Shown here: one piece after another, positions 9,921 to 19,298 of the stretch
How positions within the stretch are numbered: position 1 is the stretch's first letter
Layout: every line of letters begins with the position of its first letter
Assembly (NCBI GenBank): GCA_965225855.1
Contig: CBDDCK010000005.1
Coordinates: 960,001 to 1,024,000, forward strand
DNA from: Spirochaetia bacterium
GTDB taxonomy: Bacteria > Spirochaetota > Spirochaetia > SP-2023
Length of the DNA: 64,000 nucleotides
Direction: 5' to 3'
Program-made: the position numbers and the translations under genes
Notes under the pieces: model-generated
The model's database searches: none
Told to the model about the DNA's origin: nothing
Seen by the model: only the letters and a program-made list of their open reading frames with translations

Positions 9921-10007
9921 TAACATAAAAAGCAAACACTTAAAGACCATTACTGGGCATACATTCTAGCAAGTTTCCCTTTCATGGCCCCTAAATCCAA
10001 AGCATGT

Positions 10008-10499
10008 TTACACACTAAATCCTTCTATCTGGTTTAAAATATATATCAAAGTACCCCAGATTGTAGCTAATCCAATTTCTAAAATATACAGCATACCTCG
10101 CAAAGATGGTTGAAACCATAGTTTATAGTTACGCTTTATTTGGGTAAAAACCAACGGTATACCATTAGAGTCTGGGTGGTTGCGGTCTCTTTTTTGCAGC
10201 TCTTGCAAAAGCTGGCTACCTAGTGTTAGCAACAACAATAGTAAAGATGCGATTGCATAGCAAAGCACACAGTAAAAGCCATACGCTAAAATAAGCTTTA
10301 AGTTTGCTTGGGCTAGCCCCTGAAGGTTTGCGATAACCAATAGCACAATAAAGCAAACATTAGTCGTTCGCAGGATATTCTGTATAGCAAGACAAGCGTT
10401 CCACAACAATAGAAACACAGCATATTGTTTGCTTTCGCCAGCATGTAAGGCCGCAATAAAACGGCCCCATACTCGGTTAAACGGCGTTTTATTAGGCAT
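10008..10499 (-). CDS. Hypothetical membrane protein
   Basis: Hydrophobic ORF. Start moved to ATG 10499 to remove the overlap with the SMP-30 gene. Confidence 0.55.
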   Translation of the reverse strand: MPNKTPFNRVWGRFIAALHAGESKQYAVFLLLWNACLAIQNILRTTNVCFIVLLVIANLQGLAQANLKLILAYGFYCVLCYAIASLLLLLLTLGSQLLQELQKRDRNHPDSNGIPLVFTQIKRNYKLWFQPSLRGMLYILEIGLATIWGTLIYILNQIEGFSV

Positions 10500-10515
10500 T
10501 TCTCTACGATAAACA

Positions 10516-11451
10516 CTATTGATGTAGTTGAATGATGGTTTCTTTCTTACCGCAAAAAGATGCGAATGGTACTGGTTGTTTTTGAGCAAATATACCACCT
10601 GCAACCCCCATTTCACCTTGTCCTCCTTGGGTAGAAACAAATAAAATATCTTGGTTTCGGCCACCCAAACAACACGAAGTCACTTTAGGCGTGGCAATTT
10701 TCAGTTTCCCTAACTCTTGGCCACGATATGTATCAAAACATGTTACGCTGCTTGCGCCTGTTTCAGCCAGCCAGATACAAGCATCTTTCCCCAGACATAA
10801 ACCGTCAGGACGCCCTAGGCGACCATCAAAATCAATAAACCTCTCTCCTAAATCCCATTGAATCTCTGCTCTTTCAAAGTCTATTACCGGGAAGCGATGC
10901 ACAACAAAATCCCGGGTGTCTGCAAAATAAAAGTAATCATTGCAAAGGCCCATACCGTTAGCTAACTTCAAATCTTGCAATACAACTTGATAAGATTTGT
11001 CCGCGGTATCCAAGAGCAGCAGGCGCGAATCCACCTGACCATCACTCGGCATTGTGCCACACAGCACAAAACGGCCCTGTAAACTGGGCCACGCAAACAC
11101 ATCATTAAAGCGCGTAGGCACTAGGCTTGGCTCTACTTGGCAGTATAGTTGTTGCTTGGGTTGCGCTGTATTGCCATGTTCATAGCACCATTGGTAAATG
11201 TGCCCTTCAGAAGCAAACAACAAAAAGCCTACTTTATCAGCAACCTGATAAAACACAAAACCACCAACTGGTTGATCGAGCTGCAGAATACAGGCCGATT
11301 CAAAAGAACTTAAATCTTCTTGCTCTTTGTTGTGGAAAGCACCGCGAAACAATTTGCCTGCCGGAATATCCAGCCAATACAAAGCGTTATCTTGCGGCTG
11401 CCAAAGTATGTTTTCTGCCGTATCATGGCCATAATCAGCAATCTGTTGCAT
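10516..11451 (-). CDS. SMP-30/gluconolactonase/LRE family protein
   Basis: AE..LW..LYWLDI, RFND, ANGMG, YFADT, PDGLC and VTSCCLGG motifs. Confidence 0.9.
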   Translation of the reverse strand: MQQIADYGHDTAENILWQPQDNALYWLDIPAGKLFRGAFHNKEQEDLSSFESACILQLDQPVGGFVFYQVADKVGFLLFASEGHIYQWCYEHGNTAQPKQQLYCQVEPSLVPTRFNDVFAWPSLQGRFVLCGTMPSDGQVDSRLLLLDTADKSYQVVLQDLKLANGMGLCNDYFYFADTRDFVVHRFPVIDFERAEIQWDLGERFIDFDGRLGRPDGLCLGKDACIWLAETGASSVTCFDTYRGQELGKLKIATPKVTSCCLGGRNQDILFVSTQGGQGEMGVAGGIFAQKQPVPFASFCGKKETIIQLHQ

Positions 11452-12243
11452 ACCAATTCTCCTTTTGGGACCCTATTCTAACCAGTCTGTAACTATAGGT
11501 CTAGTACAGTGGCAACCTTATAATAAAAATCACCAAACCCACGACTATAGCCCCAAACCAAACGATAGATAATACCAAAAGGGAGTTTCTAGGTAGAGGT
11601 AAAAAGGCCGAGGCGCAGCGGGAAAACGCCAGTATTTGGCTTGCTAAAAAGGGAGGATTGAGACCATATACTATTCAGCCCATATTCAAAAGTTTCATAA
11701 TTTACATTGGTACAATATTTATTGCTGTTGACTCTATAATAAAAAATGATACGATAGCTTGAATTTTTCTTACAATGATTGATGATGAAATACTCTAGCC
11801 GTAGAGTTTTCTGTTCCCTTCTAATTAGAATCTTACCCCCCTTTTGTGTTTTTGTGCTTGGCTGGGATACTAGCCATTTTAATCCATTGCTATGAATGGG
11901 CTTAGTGTTGGGCTTTTGGCTCAAGCAGCAATCCATCCACATGTTTTGCAAGTCTACCAAAATTTACTTAGTTTTGAAAAAGTGCAAATGAAATGTATTT
12001 TGTCGGGCCCCTGAAGAATATAGCACAAAACTTTTGAGTCAACACTTCTTGAAATTTCCAATACATAGCTGAACAGACAGCTTATACGAAAAATCCTGCG
12101 ATTCTTTTAGCTATTAAATGCAACGATAAATTGTTTATTAGTTTATTAATCCTCGGCGTGGTGTTATTGGAGAGTTAGAATTTGCTGATATATTGGTGCT
12201 CATGTCCCATAATCGGCCGGATAATTTGGGTTTAAAGAAAGTT

Positions 12244-14580
12244 CTATATAACAAAACGGCGTAGGGCTAGGGAGTTGCTGACAACAGCAACCGAGCTAAA
12301 GGCCATAGCAGCCCCAGCGATCATTGGGTTTAATAAACCAAAAGCAGCAAACGGAATACCAATTGAATTGAAGAAAAAAGCCCAAAATAAATTTTGCCGA
12401 ACTTTGTTCATCGTTTTGTGAGAAAGCTGTATTACTATAGCAATATCGCTTAAATTGCCATGCATTAAAGTTATATCGCCAGCTTCCATAGCGACATCGG
12501 TTCCTTGCCCCATAGCAATACCCACATCAGCCAAAGCTAAGGCAGGCGCATCATTGACTCCATCACCAACCATTGCTACGCATTGACCTTGTTGCTGTAG
12601 TGACTTTACTGCTGCAGCTTTATCCTGTGGTGGCACTTCGGCTAATACATCTTCTAGGCCGGCTTTGGCAGCAATCGCGCGGGCACTACACAAGTTATCA
12701 CCGCTAATCATTTGCACTTTTAGCTGCATATCTTTTAAGCGTTGGACACCAGCTGCAGAGCTATCTTTAATCTGGTCAGCAATGGCAATCAAGCCAAGTA
12801 TCTGCTTGCCAGAAGCGAGCATTACCACTGTTTGCCCTTGGCTTTCTAACAATATTTTGTGTTGCTCAATACTTTGAAGATCAACGGTTAAACGCTGCAT
12901 CATACGTTGATTGCCGATTGCGTAATGCAAGTTGTGCCCTTCATGTTCAATATAGCCTTCAACACCTTCACCCGGATAGCAACGCAATTGTTGGACAGGG
13001 TACAACTCTATATTCTGCTCTTTGGCAAAAGTGGTAACCGCCTTAGCCAGCGGATGTTCAGAACCATTTTCCAACGATGCAGCCAAGCAAAGTAGAGATC
13101 GCAATTTACTTGATAGCTTATTAGGCACTTCGTTTGGTTTTGCACTATTATCCTTTTTTTCATTTATAGACCAATAATTAGGGCCGTCATTTGAATTAGT
13201 TAGGCCCTTAATAGATGAAACTTTGGGTTTTCCTTCGGTAATAGTGCCGGTCTTATCTAAAATAACGGTTTGGATTTTCTCTGCCAATTCCAGTGTTTGG
13301 CTAGAACGAATGAGGATTCCATGTTGGGCACCAAGCCCTGTACCAACTATAATGGCTGTTGGCGTAGCTAGGCCTACGGCACAAGGGCAAGCGATAGCCA
13401 ACACGGCTACTGCTGCAAGCAAACCTTCTGTTGGATTGCCTAATAACAACCACCAAATGAAGAAGCTTAGGCTAGCTATGGCTAAGACAATGGGGACGAA
13501 TACGGCCACGACTTTATCAGCTATTTGTTGTATGGGGGCCTTACTTGCCTGTGCCTCTTCAACAATAGCAATCATGCGAGCTAACATGGAATCCTTCCCC
13601 AAATGCGTAGCCTGATAGCGCAGTAAACCGTAGCTATTGATAGAGCCGCTAACCAACTTATCGCCGGGTGATTTTTCCACCGGGATACTTTCGCCCGTAA
13701 TAGTACTTTCGTCTATTGCACTCTTGCCAGAGATGATCTTGCCGTCTACAGGAATGCGGCTACCGGGCTTAATAACCACAATGTCGCCAATGGCAATATC
13801 GGCTACAGCGACTTCTATTTGCTTTTGTTCTAAGCCATCTTGTTCAATGATAGCTCTATCGGGTTGCAAACTCATAAGCTTTTTAATGGCAGTGCTGGTG
13901 CGTGCCCTAGCATTTGCCTCTAAGTGCTTGCCCAGCAAAACCAAAGTAATAATTACAGCAGAAGACTCAAAATATAACGCTATGGGCTGCTGTTCTCCGC
14001 CTCCAATATTTTGAATGCCATTGAAAACACTCAAACAATAAGCTGCCGATGTTCCCAGCATTACTAGGAAATCCATACCAAGATTTCTGGCTATTAAAGT
14101 TTTAAAACCCATACGATAAAAACGCCAACCAATAAAGAATTGCACTGGCGTAGCTAAAGCAAACTGCACTTCAAAACGATGCAAAAATGCTAGCATTTCC
14201 GATAGTGGAGCCAGTACAATGGGTAATAACATTGCCAATACTAGAGGAGCTGTAAGCCCAGCAGAAACCATAATTAGCAGTACACTGCGCCGCTGTTCTG
14301 CTGCTTTTGCCACAGATTGATTACCATCTTGAGTATCTTGGGTTGATCCCAAGCCGGTTATCAAATTCGCACGATAACCCGCTGTTTTGACTGCTTTTTG
14401 CACCGCCTGAATCATCGCTTGTTTGCTTAGCTGTATTTCATTAAAACCTACAGTAGCCTTTTCCATTGCCAAATTTACCGAAACGGTCTCCACTTCGGCC
14501 AATGTTTCGATCGATTTTTCCACATGAGATACACAGGAAGCACAATGCATTCCCTCAATTTTGAATTGAACTGTATTCAT
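12244..14580 (-). CDS. copA: Copper-translocating P1B-type ATPase
   Basis: HMA domain GMHCASC, TGES, CPC, DKTGT, SEHP, GDGVNDAP and MAFSS. Confidence 0.92.
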   Translation of the reverse strand: MNTVQFKIEGMHCASCVSHVEKSIETLAEVETVSVNLAMEKATVGFNEIQLSKQAMIQAVQKAVKTAGYRANLITGLGSTQDTQDGNQSVAKAAEQRRSVLLIMVSAGLTAPLVLAMLLPIVLAPLSEMLAFLHRFEVQFALATPVQFFIGWRFYRMGFKTLIARNLGMDFLVMLGTSAAYCLSVFNGIQNIGGGEQQPIALYFESSAVIITLVLLGKHLEANARARTSTAIKKLMSLQPDRAIIEQDGLEQKQIEVAVADIAIGDIVVIKPGSRIPVDGKIISGKSAIDESTITGESIPVEKSPGDKLVSGSINSYGLLRYQATHLGKDSMLARMIAIVEEAQASKAPIQQIADKVVAVFVPIVLAIASLSFFIWWLLLGNPTEGLLAAVAVLAIACPCAVGLATPTAIIVGTGLGAQHGILIRSSQTLELAEKIQTVILDKTGTITEGKPKVSSIKGLTNSNDGPNYWSINEKKDNSAKPNEVPNKLSSKLRSLLCLAASLENGSEHPLAKAVTTFAKEQNIELYPVQQLRCYPGEGVEGYIEHEGHNLHYAIGNQRMMQRLTVDLQSIEQHKILLESQGQTVVMLASGKQILGLIAIADQIKDSSAAGVQRLKDMQLKVQMISGDNLCSARAIAAKAGLEDVLAEVPPQDKAAAVKSLQQQGQCVAMVGDGVNDAPALALADVGIAMGQGTDVAMEAGDITLMHGNLSDIAIVIQLSHKTMNKVRQNLFWAFFFNSIGIPFAAFGLLNPMIAGAAMAFSSVAVVSNSLALRRFVI

Positions 14581-14770
14581 AAGATTTTTCTGCTCCCAAA
14601 TTGGCAAAACTTAAGACAGAGTGCTTAAGTATGTCAAGATTTTCTTTATATAAATTGCAAATTATGAGAAAAACTATCAGTAAAGTTGAACGCTTTTCAG
14701 AACAGGGTATTTTTACTATGGTAGACTTCTGCAATAAATAACAAAGAATGGAAAAAATGAAGGATATATT

Positions 14771-15523
14771 ATGAAAGTTGGTATTATAGCCGCAATGCAA
14801 GAGGAGTTAGTAGCCCTCACAGAGCTTTTGCAAAACCATCAAATTGAGAATGAATCTAGCCGTTATCATATTTCCAGCCCCATTGTAGAATGGCACTATG
14901 GCCAGCTTAAAAGCCAAGATAGCGAAGTTGAAATAGTGGCTCTAACTTCTGGCATTGGCAGAACCCAAGCAGCATTTCATACTGGTTTGCTATTGCAACG
15001 CCATCAAGTGGATTACATTATCAATATTGGTTCTGCTGGTAGCCTAAGAACAGAAGGCCAGAATGGCGATATTGTAATTGCCAACAGCTTAGCCTATCAC
15101 GATGTTGATGTGCAGACATTTGGTTATGCTTATGGTCAATTACCCGGCAATCCAGAGCAATTTCCCAGTAATCCACAATTGAGGGAAATGGCATTAAAAG
15201 TAGCCAATGAATTTTTTGCTGGTAAACCCAATCAAGCGACTATCGGGCAGATTATCAGCGGCGATTCTTTTGTAGAGTATGGCAGCTCACATTTGGCTAC
15301 AATCCAACAACACTTTCCTCAAGCTCAAGCAGTAGAAATGGAAGCTGCTGCCATTGCCCATATTGCCTTTTTGTATGGTTGCCCTTGTTTGATCGTGCGC
15401 TCAATTTCAGACTTTTTGTTGCGCCCGGAAGGGAAAATAGATTTTCAGCAGTATTTGCCACTAGCTGCTGCCAATGCTGCAAAAATTGTAGAGCGATTTA
15501 TCTACCAGCAGCCCCGTTTATAG
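14771..15523 (+). CDS. mtnN: 5'-methylthioadenosine/S-adenosylhomocysteine nucleosidase
   Basis: MKVGIIAAMQEE, SGIG, HDVDV..FGY..GQLP, GDSF, VEMEAAAIA and RSISD. Confidence 0.93.
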   Translation: MKVGIIAAMQEELVALTELLQNHQIENESSRYHISSPIVEWHYGQLKSQDSEVEIVALTSGIGRTQAAFHTGLLLQRHQVDYIINIGSAGSLRTEGQNGDIVIANSLAYHDVDVQTFGYAYGQLPGNPEQFPSNPQLREMALKVANEFFAGKPNQATIGQIISGDSFVEYGSSHLATIQQHFPQAQAVEMEAAAIAHIAFLYGCPCLIVRSISDFLLRPEGKIDFQQYLPLAAANAAKIVERFIYQQPRL

Positions 15524-15717
15524 GCTTTATACTCGATCAGTTTGTTCTTTTTAGCTTGGTTGTACCAAGAACCAACAAAAAGGCAAATAAAGTAGTCGAT
15601 CGTAAAAACTAGATTATCATAGTGAAAATTATTCCACTACCAAGCGAGTAGTGGGTTGCTAGCCATAGTACCCACCCAAAAGGCAAGCAAGGCTTGACCA
15701 AAGTTTATCTTGTTACA

Positions 15718-15960
15718 AAAATCTCTTGTTAGGTATTAAGAAAATCTCTTGTTAGGTATTAAGAAAATCTCTTGTTAGGTATTAAGAAAATCTCTTGTTA
15801 GGTATTAAGAGACTCTATTATTGGGCATTAAGAAATTCTCTTGTTAGTTATTAAGAAATTCTCTTGTTAGTTATTAAGAAAATCTCTTGTTAGGTATTAA
15901 GAAAATCTCTTGTTAGGTATTAAGAGAATCTCTTGTTAGGTATTAAGAGAATCTCTTAAT
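15718..15960. repeat. Tandem array of about 10 copies of a 23-bp unit (AAAATCTCTTGTTAGGTATTAAG)
   Basis: ATCTCTT recurs at 15721, 15744, 15767 and 15790, with variants continuing to 15960. No spacers. Confidence 0.95.
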
Positions 15961-16082
15961 TTTTATGCCAACGTTCTGGTAATAATTATTGTAAGGGGTT
16001 TGTGCAAAGCTATTACTAAAAAAAGTTTGTAGCCTTAATAAAGTTTTTCTAGCCTTGGTATTTTCTCCATACCCAGGCTATA

Positions 16083-16136
16083 ATTGGCCTATTGCAGCCT
16101 TGATAAAAAAACTTACCAAGGCTGCAATAGGCCAAT
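16083..16136 (-). terminator. Long hairpin downstream of the second lipoprotein gene
   Basis: 20-bp stem ATTGGCCTATTGCAGCCTTG / CAAGGCTGCAATAGGCCAAT. Confidence 0.6.
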
Positions 16137-16171
16137 GCAAGCGTTGCAACAACCAAACCCTACTTACCAAC

Positions 16172-18265
16172 TTATAACTTGTTGTATATACTAGTGGTTG
16201 AGTCTTCTCGACTACCAGTTATAAATCCTGCTGCTGCTTCCAGGTTGTATGCACCATCATTATCACGAAGACCATCCTTAACCAGTATAGCATCAGCTTT
16301 GGCTTTTACACTACCCTTTAAAAAAATCTGTAAGACTTTTATAGTTGCTACAGTACCTGTGGCTGTGTTTTCACCTGTTGAGTGCTGGGGTAATTGGTAT
16401 CTCTTCTTACCATCACCGGATACAAGCGTCAATTTGCTAAAGTCCCAGTCTGCAACTGCTGTGGGTAAACGGCTACCATAAATAAGTAACTCGCCTGTAT
16501 TAGAAAAGTAGTATACTTTGGTGAGCCGGCTTGCGTAGCCATCAACGGTAATAGGGTTGCTTGTGTCTTCAGTGCTATAACCTGCAAATCCTGCTGCTGC
16601 TTCCAGGTTGTATGCACCATTAGCATCACTTTGACCATCCTTAACCAGTATCTTCTCGGCTTCGGCTTTTACACTACCGCTTAAAGTAATATTTAAGGTT
16701 AGTGAACTTACTTTAGAACCTGTGGCTGTGTTTTCACCTGTTGAGGAGTGCTTGGGTAATTGGTATCTCTTCTTACCATCACCGGATACAAGCGTCAATT
16801 TGCTAAAGTCCCAGCGATCCACTCTTGACGGTAAATCGCTACCTTGAATCAATAACATGCTTATGTTAGTATAGTAGTATACTTTAGTGATAACACCTGC
16901 ATACCCACTAACGGTAATAGGGTTATTGCTTGTGTCTTCAGCCCTACCACCTGCAAATCCTGCTGCTGCTTCCAGGTTGTATGCACCATTAGCATCACCA
17001 TCGTTAAACAGTATCTTATTGGCTTTGGCTTTTATACTACCCCTTAAAATAATCGTTAAGCTTGTTGCACTTGCTGCAAAACCTATGGCTGTGTTTCTAT
17101 TTGAATTTGAGTGCCGGGGTAATGTGAGTCTATTACTACCATCACCGGATACAAACCTCAATTTGGTGAAGTCCCAGCCTGTAACTGCTTCTGGTAAATT
17201 AGTACCTGTAATCACTAATCTACCTGTATTTAAATCATAGGTTGCACGGGTAATTGCGGGTGCGGGGTTTCCACTAACGGCCAAGCCTTTGGCTGTATCT
17301 AAACCCGCCCAAGTACCAGTGCTAGTAAGCAACCCATCTTTTAGACCATTGCTATCCATACCTGTCTTGCCATTCAGAGTAGTTTTATGTTGATCGGTAA
17401 GGTAAAGCCAAAGCGCTGTGCCAGCGCTATGTAGGCGGTACTTACCTTTTGCAAGACCGCGACTATCTGGCCCAGTGGCATCGTCATCTGCAGTATAGGA
17501 ACTTAAGGCTACCCCATCTACTACGATGGTTTGGATTTGGGCTTGGGTCGCACTACCTAAGTCAGTACCTTGCAAGGTTAACAGCGCCGTGCCAACATTG
17601 TAGCTTGCACCGGTAATTGCGGCTTTAGGCGACTGCTCTTCGGCTTTAGGTTGCTTAGGCGACTCCTCTTCAGCTTGTTCGACTTGTTCGTCTTTAGGTT
17701 GCTTAGGCGACTCTTCTTCAGCTTGTTCAGCTTGTTCAGCTTGCTTAGGCGACTCTTCTTCAGCTTGTTCAGCTTGTTCAGCTTGCTTAGGCGACTGCTT
17801 ATCGGGTATATTGCTAACGGTTAAGTCTTTGGCTGTATCTAAACCCGCCCAAGCACCAGAGCTAGTAAGCAACCCTTTTTTTAGACCATTGCTACCCACC
17901 TTGGCCTCAAGAGCAGCTTTATGTTCATCTTTAAGTTTCAGCCAAAGCGCTGTGCCATCGCTTTTCATACGGTACTTACCTTTTGCAAGACTGTTACTAT
18001 TTGGCCCAGTGGGTTTGGCATCTGCAATATAGGAACTTAAGGCTAGGCCAGCTACCGTGATAGTTTGGATTTGCGCTTCTGTAGGACTTAAGTCAGTACC
18101 TTGTACGGTTAACAGAGCCGTAGCAAAGTCGTAGATGGCATTATTGATAGACGGCCCAGAAGATGGCCCAGAAGATCGATCATCGTCATCGGGTGGTGCG
18201 CAGGCCAAGGCCATAAAGGCCAGTAGCAATGCTACAGGCAATAAAAGTAGTTTGAGCTTATACAT
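16172..18265 (-). CDS. Surface lipoprotein paralogue: A repeat, Q/E/A/K/P-rich spacer, A repeat, three B repeats
   Basis: Same RBS and signal peptide type (LAFMALA-C) and same repeat families as 469-2757. Confidence 0.85.
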   Translation of the reverse strand: MYKLKLLLLPVALLLAFMALACAPPDDDDRSSGPSSGPSINNAIYDFATALLTVQGTDLSPTEAQIQTITVAGLALSSYIADAKPTGPNSNSLAKGKYRMKSDGTALWLKLKDEHKAALEAKVGSNGLKKGLLTSSGAWAGLDTAKDLTVSNIPDKQSPKQAEQAEQAEEESPKQAEQAEQAEEESPKQPKDEQVEQAEEESPKQPKAEEQSPKAAITGASYNVGTALLTLQGTDLGSATQAQIQTIVVDGVALSSYTADDDATGPDSRGLAKGKYRLHSAGTALWLYLTDQHKTTLNGKTGMDSNGLKDGLLTSTGTWAGLDTAKGLAVSGNPAPAITRATYDLNTGRLVITGTNLPEAVTGWDFTKLRFVSGDGSNRLTLPRHSNSNRNTAIGFAASATSLTIILRGSIKAKANKILFNDGDANGAYNLEAAAGFAGGRAEDTSNNPITVSGYAGVITKVYYYTNISMLLIQGSDLPSRVDRWDFSKLTLVSGDGKKRYQLPKHSSTGENTATGSKVSSLTLNITLSGSVKAEAEKILVKDGQSDANGAYNLEAAAGFAGYSTEDTSNPITVDGYASRLTKVYYFSNTGELLIYGSRLPTAVADWDFSKLTLVSGDGKKRYQLPQHSTGENTATGTVATIKVLQIFLKGSVKAKADAILVKDGLRDNDGAYNLEAAAGFITGSREDSTTSIYNKL

Positions 18266-18464
18266 AAGCAATACCTCCAACAAGGGATAAAGATTGGCCA
18301 ACCCATACGGGCTAGTCTGTAAATCCCCATTTTGCTAGGGGGGGTGTTGCGTCAAGGCCTATACAAGCTTTTTGTAAGTTTTTTTATGTTTGGGCACTTT
18401 TTTTGTGTGTTAGTGTTGTAAGGTGGTTCAAAATCCATGCCAATCAAAAGGCTTAAGGCTATGC

Positions 18465-18700
18465 GATAGCAGGCGCAACGCCAACCATGCCAACCATTGG
18501 GTGGTATCAATATATCCCAGTTGGGGTCATAGGCCCGCAATATATAGCCAGATATTGTGCAAGTCGTCTAAAATGCCAGCATTGACGCTGTGGGCTAAGG
18601 TCAAAGCATCGGCATACTGGCCCTATTTGAGGTCGTCCCAGTTTTGGCTTTTTACGATGTTGTTGGGTTTTAGCAAGTCTATGGCCTGCTTATTTTTATG
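18465..18700 (-). pseudogene. Remnant of a Mu-like phage head morphogenesis protein (gpF)
   Basis: KQAIDLLK..NWDDLK*GQYADALTLAHSVNAGILDDLH (TAG at 18623-18625), then in another frame DPNWDILIPPNGW[HGW]RCAC. The latter resembles the Phage_Mu_F DP.W...PPNGW.C.C motif with a 9-bp duplication. Confidence 0.6.
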
Positions 18701-18711
18701 GTTTTTAGTGC

Positions 18712-18873
18712 CTTGCTATGATATAGCTTTCCACCTTCGATCAATACCTTACTCCAATGCGGATCAAGGCCTTGATCCAAGTGGGAAAGTTATATTGCAC
18801 CAATGCGGAGTAAGGCATTACTCCAATGCGGAACAATACTTTATACCAATGTGGAAAGCTATATTGTAGCAAG
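18712..18873. repeat. 162-bp element with 23-bp terminal inverted repeats and an internal 23-bp periodic array (11-bp constant plus 12-bp variable)
   Basis: Inverted repeats at 18712-18734 and 18851-18873 (21/23 match). WCCAATGCGGA-like blocks start at 18730, 18753, 18776, 18799, 18822 and 18845. Confidence 0.85.
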
Positions 18874-19073
18874 ACAGGCGATGACTTGTAGATTCGCATC
18901 GGCAAACGCAATTGCCCAATTGCGTTTGTATGTGCGTTTGTATGGCTATTTCGGCTTGTTGCTTTGGCTTGTTGGTTGGGGCTGGGGCAGTTATTGGGTG
19001 GGGTTGGGGTGGTGTTTGGTTGGCCTTTGGTTGTTTCCATGCAATGATCAATAGTTTTGGCTATATTGGCTTC

Positions 19074-19117
19074 CCGTATTTAGCCGAAGCTCTCTCCGTA
19101 TTTAGTCGGGCTCTTCT
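19074..19117. repeat. Two copies of the 22-bp CCGTATTTAGCCGAAGCTCTTC family repeat
   Basis: Same unit as the arrays at 48487, 51144 and 54307. Confidence 0.85.
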
Positions 19118-19220
19118 GGGTATATACCGAAAAGCGCTTTGCGTATTTAAAAGTAAAATTTTTGCATATTTACTATCTAATTTAAAGAGAGTTTTTAGAA
19201 ACAATTATTGTAAATTTTAT

Positions 19221-19248
19221 TTGACAAAACGGAATACGATGCTATCAT
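19221..19248 (+). promoter_or_regulatory. Sigma70 promoter of the sugar operon
   Basis: TTGACA, 16-nt spacer ending in TGn, then TATCAT. Confidence 0.65.
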
Positions 19249-19298
19249 CTTTGGACAGATTCTATTAAAACTGTTTTATCAATCGGAGGAGAAATTTG

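Larger units (their letters stand above)
15688..18420. repeat. Right arm of the inverted duplication; partner is 292-3037
   Basis: Reverse-complement identity of leader, gene blocks, terminator and trailer. Confidence 0.9.

Noticed and set aside
10500..10664. N-terminal extension of the 218-aa ORF
   Set aside because: Overlaps the SMP-30 gene in another frame; ATG 10499 is more plausible.
11589..11960. 123-aa ORF, or lysine riboswitch at AGGTAGAGG (11591)
   Set aside because: No recognisable protein motif, and the remaining riboswitch elements are not evident. The 11452-12243 gap stays unexplained.
15718..15960. CRISPR array
   Set aside because: Head-to-tail units with no unique spacers; no cas genes in the window.
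18423..19268. Several overlapping ORFs of 77-148 aa on both strands
   Set aside because: They run through repeats, low-complexity G/T sequence and pseudogene debris, with no coherent protein signal.
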